From a virus: a DNA stretch of 64,000 nucleotides. The translations under genes were made by a program, and so were the position numbers. The notes under the pieces were generated by a model. That model was given only the letters and a program-made list of their open reading frames with translations, was not told the DNA's origin and did not search any database. Location of the stretch: the IMG/VR virus record IMGVR_UViG_3300020119_000126, positions 26,157 through 90,156 of that record; one strand, given 5' to 3'. Below are positions 38,596-49,149 of the stretch, piece after piece (positions within the stretch are counted from its first letter, which is position 1; each line of letters begins with the position of its first letter).

Positions 38596-39390
38596 ATGTC
38601 AAATATGCTAATCGCCCTACTGCTTATTGGCGTAGGCTGGCTCATCTTCAATATGTTTCGCCAGGCTAATGTGGAAGCCAGGCGCAATCGATTGAAGGCA
38701 AAAGCCGTTGATGCTGTGGTTGCCTGGGTACCGGACGACCTCAACTATGACCATAGCAGGCTTGAGAATAACTATGTGTATGAAGTTGAAGATGGTGATT
38801 ATCTCTATGATGCTAAGGGCAAGCGTATCAAAGCAACCCATACGGCTATCAATGAGAGAGGTCAGCCTGAAACAAGGAATATACGCAAGCCTCACTATCG
38901 ATTGGATGACCGCAAATCAGTGAGCGACAAACGCACGCCGCTCTATGATATTGATGGCCGACCTATCAGGCCCTGGGAAGTGACCTTTGCCTCTCAAGGG
39001 CACATTGACTATGATGAGGAAGCGCGATTGCGCAACAGTCGCGAGGATAATATCACTGACCTGAATTGGTTCGACATCATCAAGGTAGCTCAGGTGCCTA
39101 ATGTCAATCCAGCCTCACCACAATGGGTCAGGTTCCTCAATTTGCTGCATAGCAATTTCAAGAACCTCAGCTTGAAGACTGACCGCAAGCTCTTGGGTGA
39201 GGATGCTCTGGTATGGGCTATTGGGGATAGTGGCAAGGAAATCCCTATGATGGCGCTTAAGATTGGGTCAGGTGAATTGGTCTATGCTGAGACTCAATTT
39301 GGTTCAGCCACCTGGTTCACTTTGACTCTAGATGATGCCATCACTCGTCTAGAAGGCATTCAAAACAGCAAAAGGAATAACACGCCGTGA
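38596..39390 (+). CDS. Membrane-anchored hypothetical protein
   Basis: N-terminal hydrophobic helix. Confidence 0.7.
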   Translation: MSNMLIALLLIGVGWLIFNMFRQANVEARRNRLKAKAVDAVVAWVPDDLNYDHSRLENNYVYEVEDGDYLYDAKGKRIKATHTAINERGQPETRNIRKPHYRLDDRKSVSDKRTPLYDIDGRPIRPWEVTFASQGHIDYDEEARLRNSREDNITDLNWFDIIKVAQVPNVNPASPQWVRFLNLLHSNFKNLSLKTDRKLLGEDALVWAIGDSGKEIPMMALKIGSGELVYAETQFGSATWFTLTLDDAITRLEGIQNSKRNNTP

Positions 39391-39659
39391 GCATTGAGGA
39401 AGTGACCCGGACTATCGTTGGTCTACTCATTGACCAGGGGCCAAAGGAACAGATTGATTGGCACCTTAGCACCATTCCAGTTCATGAGCTAACAGCGGCC
39501 AATATTCAGAAGCTTACTCGCGAGATTGATGCTATTGGCTTACTGAGCCGCCATGAACACAACACACATGATATTCTGACCAGCTTGAATGGTGTGCATG
39601 GTCGGGAGATGGTCATTCGTTATATCCAGAGCAAACTCAAATTCGGCATGCCGAAGTAA
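39387..39659 (+). CDS. Hypothetical protein
   Basis: GTGA overlap; AAGGA SD. Confidence 0.65.
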   Translation: MSIEEVTRTIVGLLIDQGPKEQIDWHLSTIPVHELTAANIQKLTREIDAIGLLSRHEHNTHDILTSLNGVHGREMVIRYIQSKLKFGMPK

Positions 39660-39728
39660 CTCTGGTCCAACTCGTGTCACACTCGATTGCAACTCTTGTT
39701 CTACTCTAGTATCACTATAGGAGTACAC

Positions 39729-40166
39729 ATGTCACACCGCTTGCCTATTCGTTCTATTATAGAGGCCATTGAGGACTTGCTGGTCAGCGTCAAGCAGATT
39801 GACGAAAACAACGAAGGTCTGGCCTGGGATGAACTGCATGAGCATATCCAGAAGGCTGACGAGCTTCAGAAGGAACTGGAACAGGCCAAGAGCCGCATGT
39901 TGTTTCGGGCTGCCAGTATGGAAACGCTTGAAATGGCTATTCGTGGCTGGATGAAATCTGAACCTGAACGCAAAATTCATGCCATCAAGTTCGTCCGTGA
40001 AGTGACTCAATGGGGTCTGAAGGAAGCCAAAGACTTTGTTGAAGCTAATACTGCAATCCAACCCAAGCAGTCTTGGTCTGACCTCAGTCGGATGCCCGGC
40101 TTCCAGTCTGGTGCAACGGATTATTATAATAACCTGGGGGGTGCTGACGAAGATGACGATCAGTAG
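39729..40166 (+). CDS. Protein with a ribosomal protein bL12 (L7/L12) C-terminal-like domain
   Basis: 'KIHAIKFVREVTQWGLKEAKDFVE' matches the bL12 KIxVIKxVRxxTGLGLKEAKDLVE motif; AGGAG SD. Confidence 0.7.
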   Translation: MSHRLPIRSIIEAIEDLLVSVKQIDENNEGLAWDELHEHIQKADELQKELEQAKSRMLFRAASMETLEMAIRGWMKSEPERKIHAIKFVREVTQWGLKEAKDFVEANTAIQPKQSWSDLSRMPGFQSGATDYYNNLGGADEDDDQ

Positions 40167-41299
40167 GCCCGTCGAGAATAGGGCGCTAGGCTCTATTGAG
40201 TCAGTGCGCCAGAAGAAACTGCGCTCATTGCAGGATGCTATCAAGCTCAAGCTTGATGAAGCACGGCAGCGCACACCGGGTTCAGTCAAGCATGAGGTCA
40301 GGGTGGATTATGATCCTGATCTGATTCGCTTGGATGAGGTCAGTGAAGTGCTATCACGTTTTGACAGTGAGTATGCGGTCTCATGGCGTACTGAGCAGAA
40401 AGCCATCAAGGTGGTGTTCCGATGACAGTTCAAAAGCCAAAGCTATTGGGCAAGACAGAGGATGAGGTCAAGCTATATCAGTGGCTTGAAGGGTTTATTG
40501 ATGCTCAGCTTGAGAACTCTATCAAGAAAAATCCATATAGCCCTGAACATATGGTTTTCATTCCCCGTAGCAACAGCCATAATGTTTCTGGCTGGCACAT
40601 CAATAGCATCATTGCTCTCTATGAACCATTCGATTGGCAGGTAACCTGGATTGCAAATATGGAAGCTCAGGCACCAGGCTATTACATGTTGTTCAAATAG
40701 GAGTGTCCCATGCCTGTCCCAAAACCAAGTGCGGCTGATGCTGAAGAATTCTTGCGCAAGCAGTTTAAGGCTGCCGTAGACAGAATTCAAATCACGATTG
40801 ATACCCAGCTAACCCACAACATTGAATGTGACCCCAAAGCTGAAGTGCGTTTCGTTTACATTGACCCTTATGAACGTGGTATGGGTCAGCCTTATCAGAA
40901 AGAAGCAGTGCAGCAAGCGCTAGAAGCTTATGATGACTGGGAAACCAGCATCGAGAACTGCACTATTCGCACCGAAACAGGAGCACATATGGGCTGGAAG
41001 ATAACCTTCAAATGACAGTAGCCAAACCTAAGCGCCTGACCCATGAAGAACAAGAGGTCAAGTTACTCAAATGGCTGGAAGCACAGATTGATGATGCCCT
41101 AACCTGGCAGCTTGAGCTATACCCCAACAGAAATAGCTGGTCTATCTTCATTGCCGATGATGAGCGCTATCCAGTCTATCCCTCACATCTCAAGAAGCTT
41201 CTACCCAAATATGCTGATTTGAACTGGGAAACAGAGTGGGCCAGGGTTGATCCAGATGATGATGTGTTCAAACGTGGTTATAACATAACATTTGAATAG
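40153..41299 (+). CDS. Four tandem small paralogous genes (40153-40425, 40422-40700, 40710-41015, 41012-41299)
   Basis: Shared N-termini (MTISRP, MTVQKPK, MPVPKPS, MTVAKPK), 'IDxxL' helix, 'Y...W...W' and C-terminal 'xF' strand. Confidence 0.65.
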
Positions 41300-41335
41300 G
41301 GGCCTTGTGCCCCTTCTATCTAGATGAGGGCGTAA

Positions 41336-43795
41336 ATGAATGTTATCAATTCCAAATCGAAAACAGGTGGTCAGGTCTATCCCTTCCTTGCCAAGCTAGG
41401 TGACTGGACCATCACCAGTTATCTGCTACGCGAAGAAGAAGACATGACCTTGCTTCAGGCTAATCTCAGTAAGGGCCTGGTCTGGAATAAAGATGATCAG
41501 GTTAATGTCCTGACTACACCCCTGGCCGAGAATGGGCAGGCTATCCTAGACCTATTAGGATGGCAGGTCAGTTTCAAGAAATCACCTGCGACAGCCAGTA
41601 AGCGCATCAGTCGTATGGTGCGGCCATATAGATATGGGGCCGAGAATGTCAGTCTGTCCATATGGGAAGATGATACGCTCGACGCCAAGGTGTGGGATGG
41701 TGTCTTTCAAGTGAGTCGCGAATTCGTTCTCAAATGCGACCAGTATTTGAGCGGCCTCTCTCGCAAGAAGTATAAGCGACATATGGCTGAACTTGAATAC
41801 TGTCGCCGTTGGGAATTAACTATCATGGGGCCATTCGGCCAATATAAGGGTCATGCTGAAGTGGTTGACCTGCCCACTGGTATAGACATCCGGTGTCCAG
41901 TGGACGTAGCCAAGACTGAATTCAAATCAGCTTACCAATTTGCTGGCCTCAATGCCGTTCATGGGGCACAACAGATGAAGCTGGACATTCAGAGCCTCAT
42001 TAACCTGCTCAACTTTTTCGGCGTGCCGAATATTGTGCAATGGCTAGAGCAAAGCACGCGCCATGTTCTCAAGGGTATCAGCAATAGTGATACCCCTGAA
42101 CTAGCACGAATGCTCTATAACCTTGAGAGTGCGGAAGCCATTGACCGTCTGGATGAATGGGCCGTTGGTGCTTATATTGTCAGTGGTGGCAAGATTGAAT
42201 GGTTCTCCAAGGCTATCATGGGTGCGGCTGACCAATATAAGAACCAACTGCGCAGCCAGAATGATGGTATGCGCTTCCCTGTACCTGGTGGTGGTGCTTA
42301 TATTGCTCCTGCTTCAATGGGCAATCGCGTGGTTGAGCCAGGCAAATGCTTGCTCGACTGGGATACAGCCAGTCTATATATCGCTGATGAAGACTGGTCA
42401 GCCTATTCGCGGCGTAATGGAGGCTTTGATGCTGATGATAGGCACTGGGTCGTGTATTTCTTGGACAAGGCCGATAATCGTCATAAGGTGCTGTTCTATA
42501 GGAGTCCAAACCAATCGGGCGAATATCTTCTCTGTGAGCCAATGCTGGGCAGTGATACCACAGCCTGGTTTGACGGCACTATCCCCGAACTCAATAGTCT
42601 TGACCTACCTCTGCCGATTGAGAGCCAGGGCAATCATTATGGCACAATCGAGCGACTAGATGTGCTAGGCATGTATCCTGACCACTATGAACCTCAAGCC
42701 CTGTGGCTGACCATTGAACAATGCGCTAAGAACCTGGGTGTGTTGGGCCGCTTCTGTAATATGCTCATGCTCCATGTGGCTGTGTTTGATGATAGTCCTC
42801 ATGACCTGCCTGCCAAACTTGAGGATGTGATTGATTTCACAGTCAAGGAAGTAGGCGATCTCAGTCAAGTGCTGCTATGGATACAGAAGATAGCTGAGGT
42901 CATTGCAGCCCGACCTGTGCCCAAGTCATTGGCTCCACGGTTAGCTGGCATGGTGGACTTCAAGCTGAGCTATACCAGTGCTCATGAGATTGACCAGTTG
43001 ACTGAGGCTATGCAGCGCACGATGGCCTGGTTTGAAGATGAGGTCAGCCAAATAGCTATTAAGGCTATGCCGCCTGTGACTCTCTTTGAGTATGGCCGTG
43101 AACATATGCCACGAGTCAATGAAATGCGCAGTATCTATGGACAGTTCTTGCGCAAGGTCATTGAGCAGCGGGTACCTAATAGTGATGACATGCAGAAGGT
43201 CAAGGAGTTGGTGCAGAAGAAGCTTGCTGAGTTTGAGACTGCTGAACATCCTGACCTGATGTATGGCCTGGTCTCCAATGTCTATACCCTTGGTGCTCAT
43301 GGTGTAGGGGCTAAAGATAGAGGTTATATCCGTGATGGCATTCTGTTCAATGCAGTCGGTGAGCAGTTCATCGAAACGCTGCGTATGCAGGGCATCATTG
43401 GCGATATTGAGTGGGATGGTCAGAAGGCTGAGCTTATCTTCAATAACCCTGAGATTGATCCGATACGTCCTTTGAACATGCTAATGAAGGCAGTGTGGTA
43501 CAACCTGTACCGTCTGCACACCAAGCAGGATATTGCCATGGGTCAGATCAGTAAGGAGAAGCGTACCGAGTATAAGCTGATGGTCAGGAACTTCATACCC
43601 ACCTGGCTAGGGCAGCCATTTACCTTGATGACCAGTCCTACTATGGAAGGCAGGCAGGAGTTCAGAACCAAACTGGGCAATATGATTGCGCTGTTATCGA
43701 CTGACCAGTCTATACCAGATGGTCACTATGAAATGGTCAGTGCCATTGAAGATGATGGCAACTTGCATACCGTAATGAAAGGGATACTAACGTGA
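41336..43795 (+). CDS. Putative single-chain two-barrel (non-virion) RNA polymerase
   Basis: Motifs WDG (aa ~121), YKG (aa ~171), NGGFDADD (aa ~365) and YRSPN; 819 aa. Confidence 0.6.
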   Translation: MNVINSKSKTGGQVYPFLAKLGDWTITSYLLREEEDMTLLQANLSKGLVWNKDDQVNVLTTPLAENGQAILDLLGWQVSFKKSPATASKRISRMVRPYRYGAENVSLSIWEDDTLDAKVWDGVFQVSREFVLKCDQYLSGLSRKKYKRHMAELEYCRRWELTIMGPFGQYKGHAEVVDLPTGIDIRCPVDVAKTEFKSAYQFAGLNAVHGAQQMKLDIQSLINLLNFFGVPNIVQWLEQSTRHVLKGISNSDTPELARMLYNLESAEAIDRLDEWAVGAYIVSGGKIEWFSKAIMGAADQYKNQLRSQNDGMRFPVPGGGAYIAPASMGNRVVEPGKCLLDWDTASLYIADEDWSAYSRRNGGFDADDRHWVVYFLDKADNRHKVLFYRSPNQSGEYLLCEPMLGSDTTAWFDGTIPELNSLDLPLPIESQGNHYGTIERLDVLGMYPDHYEPQALWLTIEQCAKNLGVLGRFCNMLMLHVAVFDDSPHDLPAKLEDVIDFTVKEVGDLSQVLLWIQKIAEVIAARPVPKSLAPRLAGMVDFKLSYTSAHEIDQLTEAMQRTMAWFEDEVSQIAIKAMPPVTLFEYGREHMPRVNEMRSIYGQFLRKVIEQRVPNSDDMQKVKELVQKKLAEFETAEHPDLMYGLVSNVYTLGAHGVGAKDRGYIRDGILFNAVGEQFIETLRMQGIIGDIEWDGQKAELIFNNPEIDPIRPLNMLMKAVWYNLYRLHTKQDIAMGQISKEKRTEYKLMVRNFIPTWLGQPFTLMTSPTMEGRQEFRTKLGNMIALLSTDQSIPDGHYEMVSAIEDDGNLHTVMKGILT

Positions 43796-44037
43796 AAGAC
43801 TTTTTTGGATGGGCTGTTATTGGCCTAGGCGCTCTAGGCTTCGTCATTTTCCTGGGTGTAGCCAGTCTATGGCTGATTACAGTCATTTGGACCTGGGTTG
43901 TACCAGACATTTTCCGTGGGGCTGTAGCCTGGGGCATTCTACCTGCGGCACTGAATATGGGTCAGGCATTCAAGCTCTTGATTCTATTTTGTGCGCTTGG
44001 CTTGGGCACACGTGTTAGCGTGAATTCTAGCAAGTAA
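43792..44037 (+). CDS. Small membrane protein with two TM helices
   Basis: Hydrophobic stretches. Confidence 0.65.
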   Translation: MKDFFGWAVIGLGALGFVIFLGVASLWLITVIWTWVVPDIFRGAVAWGILPAALNMGQAFKLLILFCALGLGTRVSVNSSK

Positions 44038-44089
44038 GGCTAAGGGGGAGCAATCCCCCTTTATAGTGTGGCGCTAACGCGCCAGGAGC

Positions 44090-44590
44090 ATGAACGTGCA
44101 TAATATTTCAATCTGGACAGATGGTTCGGCTGTACCCAACCCAGGCCGTGGTGGTTGGTGCGCTATTCTATTATATATAGTAGAGGGCGAAATCCAGGCT
44201 GAGAGGGTTATTGGTGGTTCTGACCCTGTATCAACCAACAATCGGATGGAGCTTCAAGCCGCTATCAGTGCGCTCAAGGCCCTCAAGCCTGAAGCAGTAC
44301 AGCATACCATTGTGCTGAAGACTGACAGCAACTATATGAAAGACAACCTGCAATATGTACCACGTTGGCAAGCCAAGGGTTGGCGAGGTAGCAAAGGCCC
44401 TATTGCTAATGTGGACCTCTGGAAAGAACTTTATACCTTGACCCAGGCTTATAAGGTGGAGTTCAAATGGGTCGAAGCCCATGCTGGTGACACCTACAAT
44501 AAGCGGTGTGACCAAATTGCCGGAGCACTAGCTCATGGTGAAATCCCTGAAGGCGTGACCATCATCGACTCTAACTTGTCATATTGCTAA
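44090..44590 (+). CDS. rnhA: Ribonuclease HI
   Basis: TDGS..NPG.GGW, TNNRMEL.A, TDS.Y, N.DLW and WV.AH.G...N.RCD motifs. Confidence 0.95.
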   Translation: MNVHNISIWTDGSAVPNPGRGGWCAILLYIVEGEIQAERVIGGSDPVSTNNRMELQAAISALKALKPEAVQHTIVLKTDSNYMKDNLQYVPRWQAKGWRGSKGPIANVDLWKELYTLTQAYKVEFKWVEAHAGDTYNKRCDQIAGALAHGEIPEGVTIIDSNLSYC

Positions 44591-44597
44591 GCGACTA

Positions 44598-44627
44598 GCC
44601 CTCTCATGTAGAGGGCTTTTCTTTTTA
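44598..44627 (+). terminator. Intrinsic terminator
   Basis: AGCCCTCT-catgt-AGAGGGCT followed by TTTCTTTTT just after rnhA. Confidence 0.8.
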
Positions 44628-44667
44628 GTCTAGTTATGTTATACTTCTCCACATTAGAGGATGCTTT

Positions 44668-45027
44668 ATGGACGAATATTCGCCAGAAGAAATCGAAGCT
44701 TTCTTCAAGCGTGAGCGGGCTAAAGCCAACAAACGCAAGCGACGTGATGCAGAGAAGGATGACCGTCATAATATTGCAGGTGAGATAGCTGTCCTACGTC
44801 GAGCACATCTTAGAGGCGAGGTAGAGCTATGGCCTTTAGACTCTAGAATTGTTGGTCGTCAGGTCTGGTATCGCAAGTATGGCCGTAGCTTTGACCGCTA
44901 TAAAGGTTATCGTTATGAGGCTCAGCGTATTAACCGCAAGGCCAGACGGCTTACTAAGGCAGCATTAAAACGAGGTCAGGACATTGATCCTGACCAATTT
45001 GAAGAAAGGATGCCCTACATTGACTGA
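44668..45027 (+). CDS. Basic hypothetical protein
   Basis: GAGGA SD; Arg/Lys-rich. Confidence 0.6.
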   Translation: MDEYSPEEIEAFFKRERAKANKRKRRDAEKDDRHNIAGEIAVLRRAHLRGEVELWPLDSRIVGRQVWYRKYGRSFDRYKGYRYEAQRINRKARRLTKAALKRGQDIDPDQFEERMPYID

Positions 45028-46880
45028 AGAAGAAATGAAAGAATTTATGCGGCTTCAACGTGAGCTTGAAACAGCCTATATGCTCATCAGCACCTATGAG
45101 AAGGACTTTGACAACATATTCTTTGATGAAGTCAAGGCTCATAAGGCTCACAAGGCTAAGCAAAGACAGATTGAGCAATGGCTGGCTACCATTATTCTGG
45201 TGACTGCCATCATTGTAATCGTCGTTGTCCTTGGTCCGGCAGTTCAGCACCTATTTCACAGTGGGGGAATGCAATGAAAATCTCCAAGTCTGATCTGGTT
45301 GCCATGATCCTGTGTATTCTGGCTCTATTCATTCTCTGGATGGCAATTATTCATGCGCCAGCGCCATTGGAACAGCAAATGCTTACCACGCCTATGTGCA
45401 ATAGCCTGACCTATGTGGGTAAGACAGCCATCTATAAGATGGAGGTATGCAAGAAATGAGCATGAATTTTGTTTATTGTCCTAGCTGTGGTACTTGGAGC
45501 AAGTTCCAGCCAATGGTCATTTTAGAGATGGAAATTGGCTATGGTCCTAAGCTGAGACCATATCAAGAACAACAAGGCGTCTATGAGCCAGAAGCTATTG
45601 GTCAGCCAGTAGAAGAAGACTATTGCTCTGACTGCTTATACTGGATGAATATCTATAACAATCGCTTCAGCCATCGCAGCATTCGCATTGATGGTACTCA
45701 CTACTGGCTCTATGACATGAAGACAGATGGGTCAGGCTTTCTGCCCTATGGTGGCAGGCAATTTGAAATCCGGCGCAAAGGATTTTGGCATACCGAAATT
45801 GTCATGATGTGGTACAACGCTGAAATCCCTGAAGCCTTACGTGAAGACCTTTACGATAACGCGGAGTGGGTAATTCATGAAAATCGTTAGCGCAGCCTGG
45901 GAACAGGCCATTGGTCCTCTAACCATTGAACAGGTTGCCAAGGTCAGGGGCCTATATCGCAATATGTTCGATGCTCGGCGTAAGCCAAGGGCTTATGCCA
46001 CAACAATTTGTGCTCTGACGGCTGAGGAGCGCACCTTTCTCTACTATCAGCTAGTCGAAACTTATAGTGAGGAAAGCTCACTGGCAAAGGTGGTCAAAGG
46101 CTATGGCATTAACCACTTACGATGAAATGGTCCAGGGCTGGGCCAAGTACATCGAGAAGGGTCTTTGCGGCTTTGATGAAGCTATCTGGATAGTTTCTCG
46201 ACGTATGAATACAGCCGTTGGCTACGTGGAAGAAGACATGGCAAAAATCATTCCCTTTTCTCTGACCAATGAACAGCGAGTCGCCACCCTGCTGCATAGC
46301 ACATTATGTCGCATTAGCCATACGCATCTGTGCAGTTGGTATGATGAGACTTGGGCCAAGCCGGGCACAAGTCGCAAATACTATATCAAGCAGGCCCAAA
46401 GTGTGCTGACCCATGCTACTGAGGATGAAACTAGACGAGTATTGGAGGCTATTCATGGCAAATGACATTCCGTGGACTCACTTTTTTGACATGCACTCAG
46501 GTGGTGGGCAGAAGGAAGAATGGGAGCATATCTACATTCAGGCTCCTGAAGATGAGGCAGTCATCATCTTCCAGAATTTATTCGGTCACAATCCCTGGCG
46601 TGTATCTTGCTCATGTTGTGGATCAGACTATATCCTGACTGAAAGCAATGACCTGGCACAACTAACTGCTTACTATCGGGAGTGTCGCTTCAGCCGTTTG
46701 ACAGGTGAATATATAGAGGAACCAAATGTCTATGAATATTCACCAGCAGTCAAAGTGAACTATCGCACGTTAGGTCAGTATCTAAACGATCCTGACGCTG
46801 TGTTCATCCCGCATGAGGATATTTACCCTGAAGACCGTGAGGGTGAACTGCGGCGACAGGGCTATGTATGGGTGGAATAA
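45020..46880 (+). CDS. Run of about six small coupled hypothetical genes (two membrane proteins, Cys-rich proteins)
   Basis: Overlapping start/stop codons; ORFs end at 45277, 45459, 45890, 46125, 46465 and 46880. Confidence 0.55.
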
Positions 46881-46881
46881 G

Positions 46882-48069
46882 ATGAGCGAACCAACAATCA
46901 GGCGTAAGTTCATATGCTTTGACCCGACTGACAATCACAATAAGGTATGGACCATTGAATGGTGGGCAGAAACAGGTCAGGCTAAAACGACCTGGGGTCG
47001 GGTCGATGTATCCATGCAGTCCAAGTCTTTCACTGGCTGGTCAAAGGGCGATGTGTACCGTAAGGTCTATGAGAAGGAAGGCAAAGGCTATACCGAAGTC
47101 AGTCTCCATGTGCCTACGGCTGCACCAGTAACTACTGTGGCTGATCCAGCTATCACGGATAAGCGCGTGGCTGATTTGCTTGACCTTATCTTCCGTGAGG
47201 CAGGTGAGCACATCAAGTCCTATATGGCTGTGGGAGTTGACGCACTAAGTAAGGATCAGATAGCCAAGGGCAAGGCCATCTTAGGGCGACTGATTGCTTA
47301 TCATCAGGTTACTAACCCTACATTAGCTGAGCGTCTGGCAGTTAGTGAACAGGTCAAGCAGTTCTATAATACCATTCCTACACAGCTTCCGACCCGGATT
47401 GATGCGGCAACCTGGGATTGGCTTGTTAGCCGCTTCATCTCTGACCTTCACGAGCAAGAGGACCGATTAGACCAGCTTGAAGCAGGACTCGCTGCATATC
47501 AGGCGGCATCGACTGGTCAGACGAATTATCTGACCCAACTTGGCGACGTGGAACTAAAGACGATGGAGCAGAGCAGTGCGGCTTATGGGACTATTTCGGA
47601 TTATATTCTACGGACTAGTGGTGGCGGGCACCACCTTACTGGCTTATTTTCTGTTCATATTCGGCCCGAACGTGCCGCGTGGGATACTGATGGGGTGGGT
47701 CGGCATTATATCAATCCCATGTTTCATGGAACTCGCGGGGCTAATGTCCGGCACATCCTACGGACGGGACTTATCATACCTAAGATCGCTGCTAATGGCA
47801 GCCGTTTTGGGCGGGGCATTTACTTTGCTGATATGTCTCGCCGTTCTTTGAACTACTGTAGCACCAACCATAGCCGGGCAAAGTTTCTGTTCATTGCTGA
47901 TGTAGCCCTGGGCACCATGAAGACCTTGGATGGGGATGATTCGCACCTAACGGCGGCACCCAACGGCTTTGATTCGGTGAGAGGGGTCAAGTCCTATAGC
48001 GGCATGGATGAATTTATCATTTACCGTCCGAGCCAGCAAACAATCAGGGCAATTGCCTTGGTGGAATAA
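46882..48069 (+). CDS. WGR-domain poly(ADP-ribose) polymerase-like ADP-ribosyltransferase
   Basis: N-terminal 'HNKVW...TWGRV...KEGKGY' WGR domain; helical domain 'FYNTIPT'; catalytic FHGT, FGRGIYFAD...SLNY and DEFIIY (H-Y-E triad). Confidence 0.9.
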   Translation: MSEPTIRRKFICFDPTDNHNKVWTIEWWAETGQAKTTWGRVDVSMQSKSFTGWSKGDVYRKVYEKEGKGYTEVSLHVPTAAPVTTVADPAITDKRVADLLDLIFREAGEHIKSYMAVGVDALSKDQIAKGKAILGRLIAYHQVTNPTLAERLAVSEQVKQFYNTIPTQLPTRIDAATWDWLVSRFISDLHEQEDRLDQLEAGLAAYQAASTGQTNYLTQLGDVELKTMEQSSAAYGTISDYILRTSGGGHHLTGLFSVHIRPERAAWDTDGVGRHYINPMFHGTRGANVRHILRTGLIIPKIAANGSRFGRGIYFADMSRRSLNYCSTNHSRAKFLFIADVALGTMKTLDGDDSHLTAAPNGFDSVRGVKSYSGMDEFIIYRPSQQTIRAIALVE

Positions 48070-48210
48070 TGGAAGTTTTCTGCCAGCCTATGAAGAAGCG
48101 GGAGTGTCGCTTGCTGGCCCAATGGTGGAATGAACACCATCAGGGCTGGCACTATAAGATAAGAAAAGCACCACGCCAACGATGGATCGTGGTCAGATGG
48201 AGAATATAAA

Positions 48211-48612
48211 TTGAGTAATCTAACCGTACAGCGTCAGCCAGTGGACATTCAGACTTTGCATGCCATGGTCGATGACTTCCTCGAAACCCTGCGTGCAAAT
48301 AAGGCTGAGTTCACCGCCTGGGGTGTCACCATGGCCTTGCGCACCATTCATCCTGACCTGGAAATCCCTCACTATAGCGGGGTCAGAGAACGCGTGCATT
48401 TCATCATGGGTGGTCCAGTGCCAGCTTATGGCACTCATCCCACGAATTTTGCAGACTATGTCATGGTCGAGCAGAAATGGCCGGGCGATTATGCCACGAC
48501 CTATAAGTCTGAACCGACCCTGACCATTTCAGTGGCAGCTACACCTGCTATTCCAGCAGCGCGGCCTCTGCCTCAGTTGCCTGCGGCAGTCCAGATCAAG
48601 TGGGATAACTAA
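48211..48612 (+). CDS. Hypothetical protein
   Basis: TTG start with GGAG SD. Confidence 0.6.
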   Translation: MSNLTVQRQPVDIQTLHAMVDDFLETLRANKAEFTAWGVTMALRTIHPDLEIPHYSGVRERVHFIMGGPVPAYGTHPTNFADYVMVEQKWPGDYATTYKSEPTLTISVAATPAIPAARPLPQLPAAVQIKWDN

Positions 48613-48639
48613 ATTCGGCATGCCGAAAAAGGATACCAA

Positions 48640-49149
48640 ATGACCAAGACTTTATTTGCTATGGGCACCTGTGGGGACAAAAAAGACCCGATGTTCGATG
48701 ATTGGCGGGATGCTATCAAGGCGTTGCTACCACCAACTATCGAACTCTTTGACCCGGTAGTGGATGAATGGAATGATGCAGCAGACCGGGCTGAAAAGGA
48801 AGCCTTCAGGAACGCTGACATCTTCATCATGGCTGTTCGTACCAGCGCCGAGTCCTGGGGTAGCCTGGCTGAAAGTGGCTGGATGGCAGTCAGGGCTTTG
48901 CTCACTGGCAAGCCAGTCATCATCTATGTTGAACAGTTCACTGAAGGTGACATTCTGCGTGGTCAGCACCTGACCAAGAGTGAGTGCAAATCACTCAATC
49001 AGGCCCGCAAGCTCATGCTGAGCCGGGCTGATGATTGCTATGCCATGGATGACAATGGCCGCTTAAAAAATGTCACCGTGCTTCAGATTTGGGGTGACTT
49101 TGTCGAAGCTGTGCTCAATGAATGCAATGGAAAAACCTACCGATGGTAA
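48640..49149 (+). CDS. Nucleoside 2-deoxyribosyltransferase-like protein
   Basis: 'FDPVVDEW...EKEAF..ADIFI...GSLAESG' pattern of the NDT-like flavodoxin fold. Confidence 0.6.
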   Translation: MTKTLFAMGTCGDKKDPMFDDWRDAIKALLPPTIELFDPVVDEWNDAADRAEKEAFRNADIFIMAVRTSAESWGSLAESGWMAVRALLTGKPVIIYVEQFTEGDILRGQHLTKSECKSLNQARKLMLSRADDCYAMDDNGRLKNVTVLQIWGDFVEAVLNECNGKTYRW

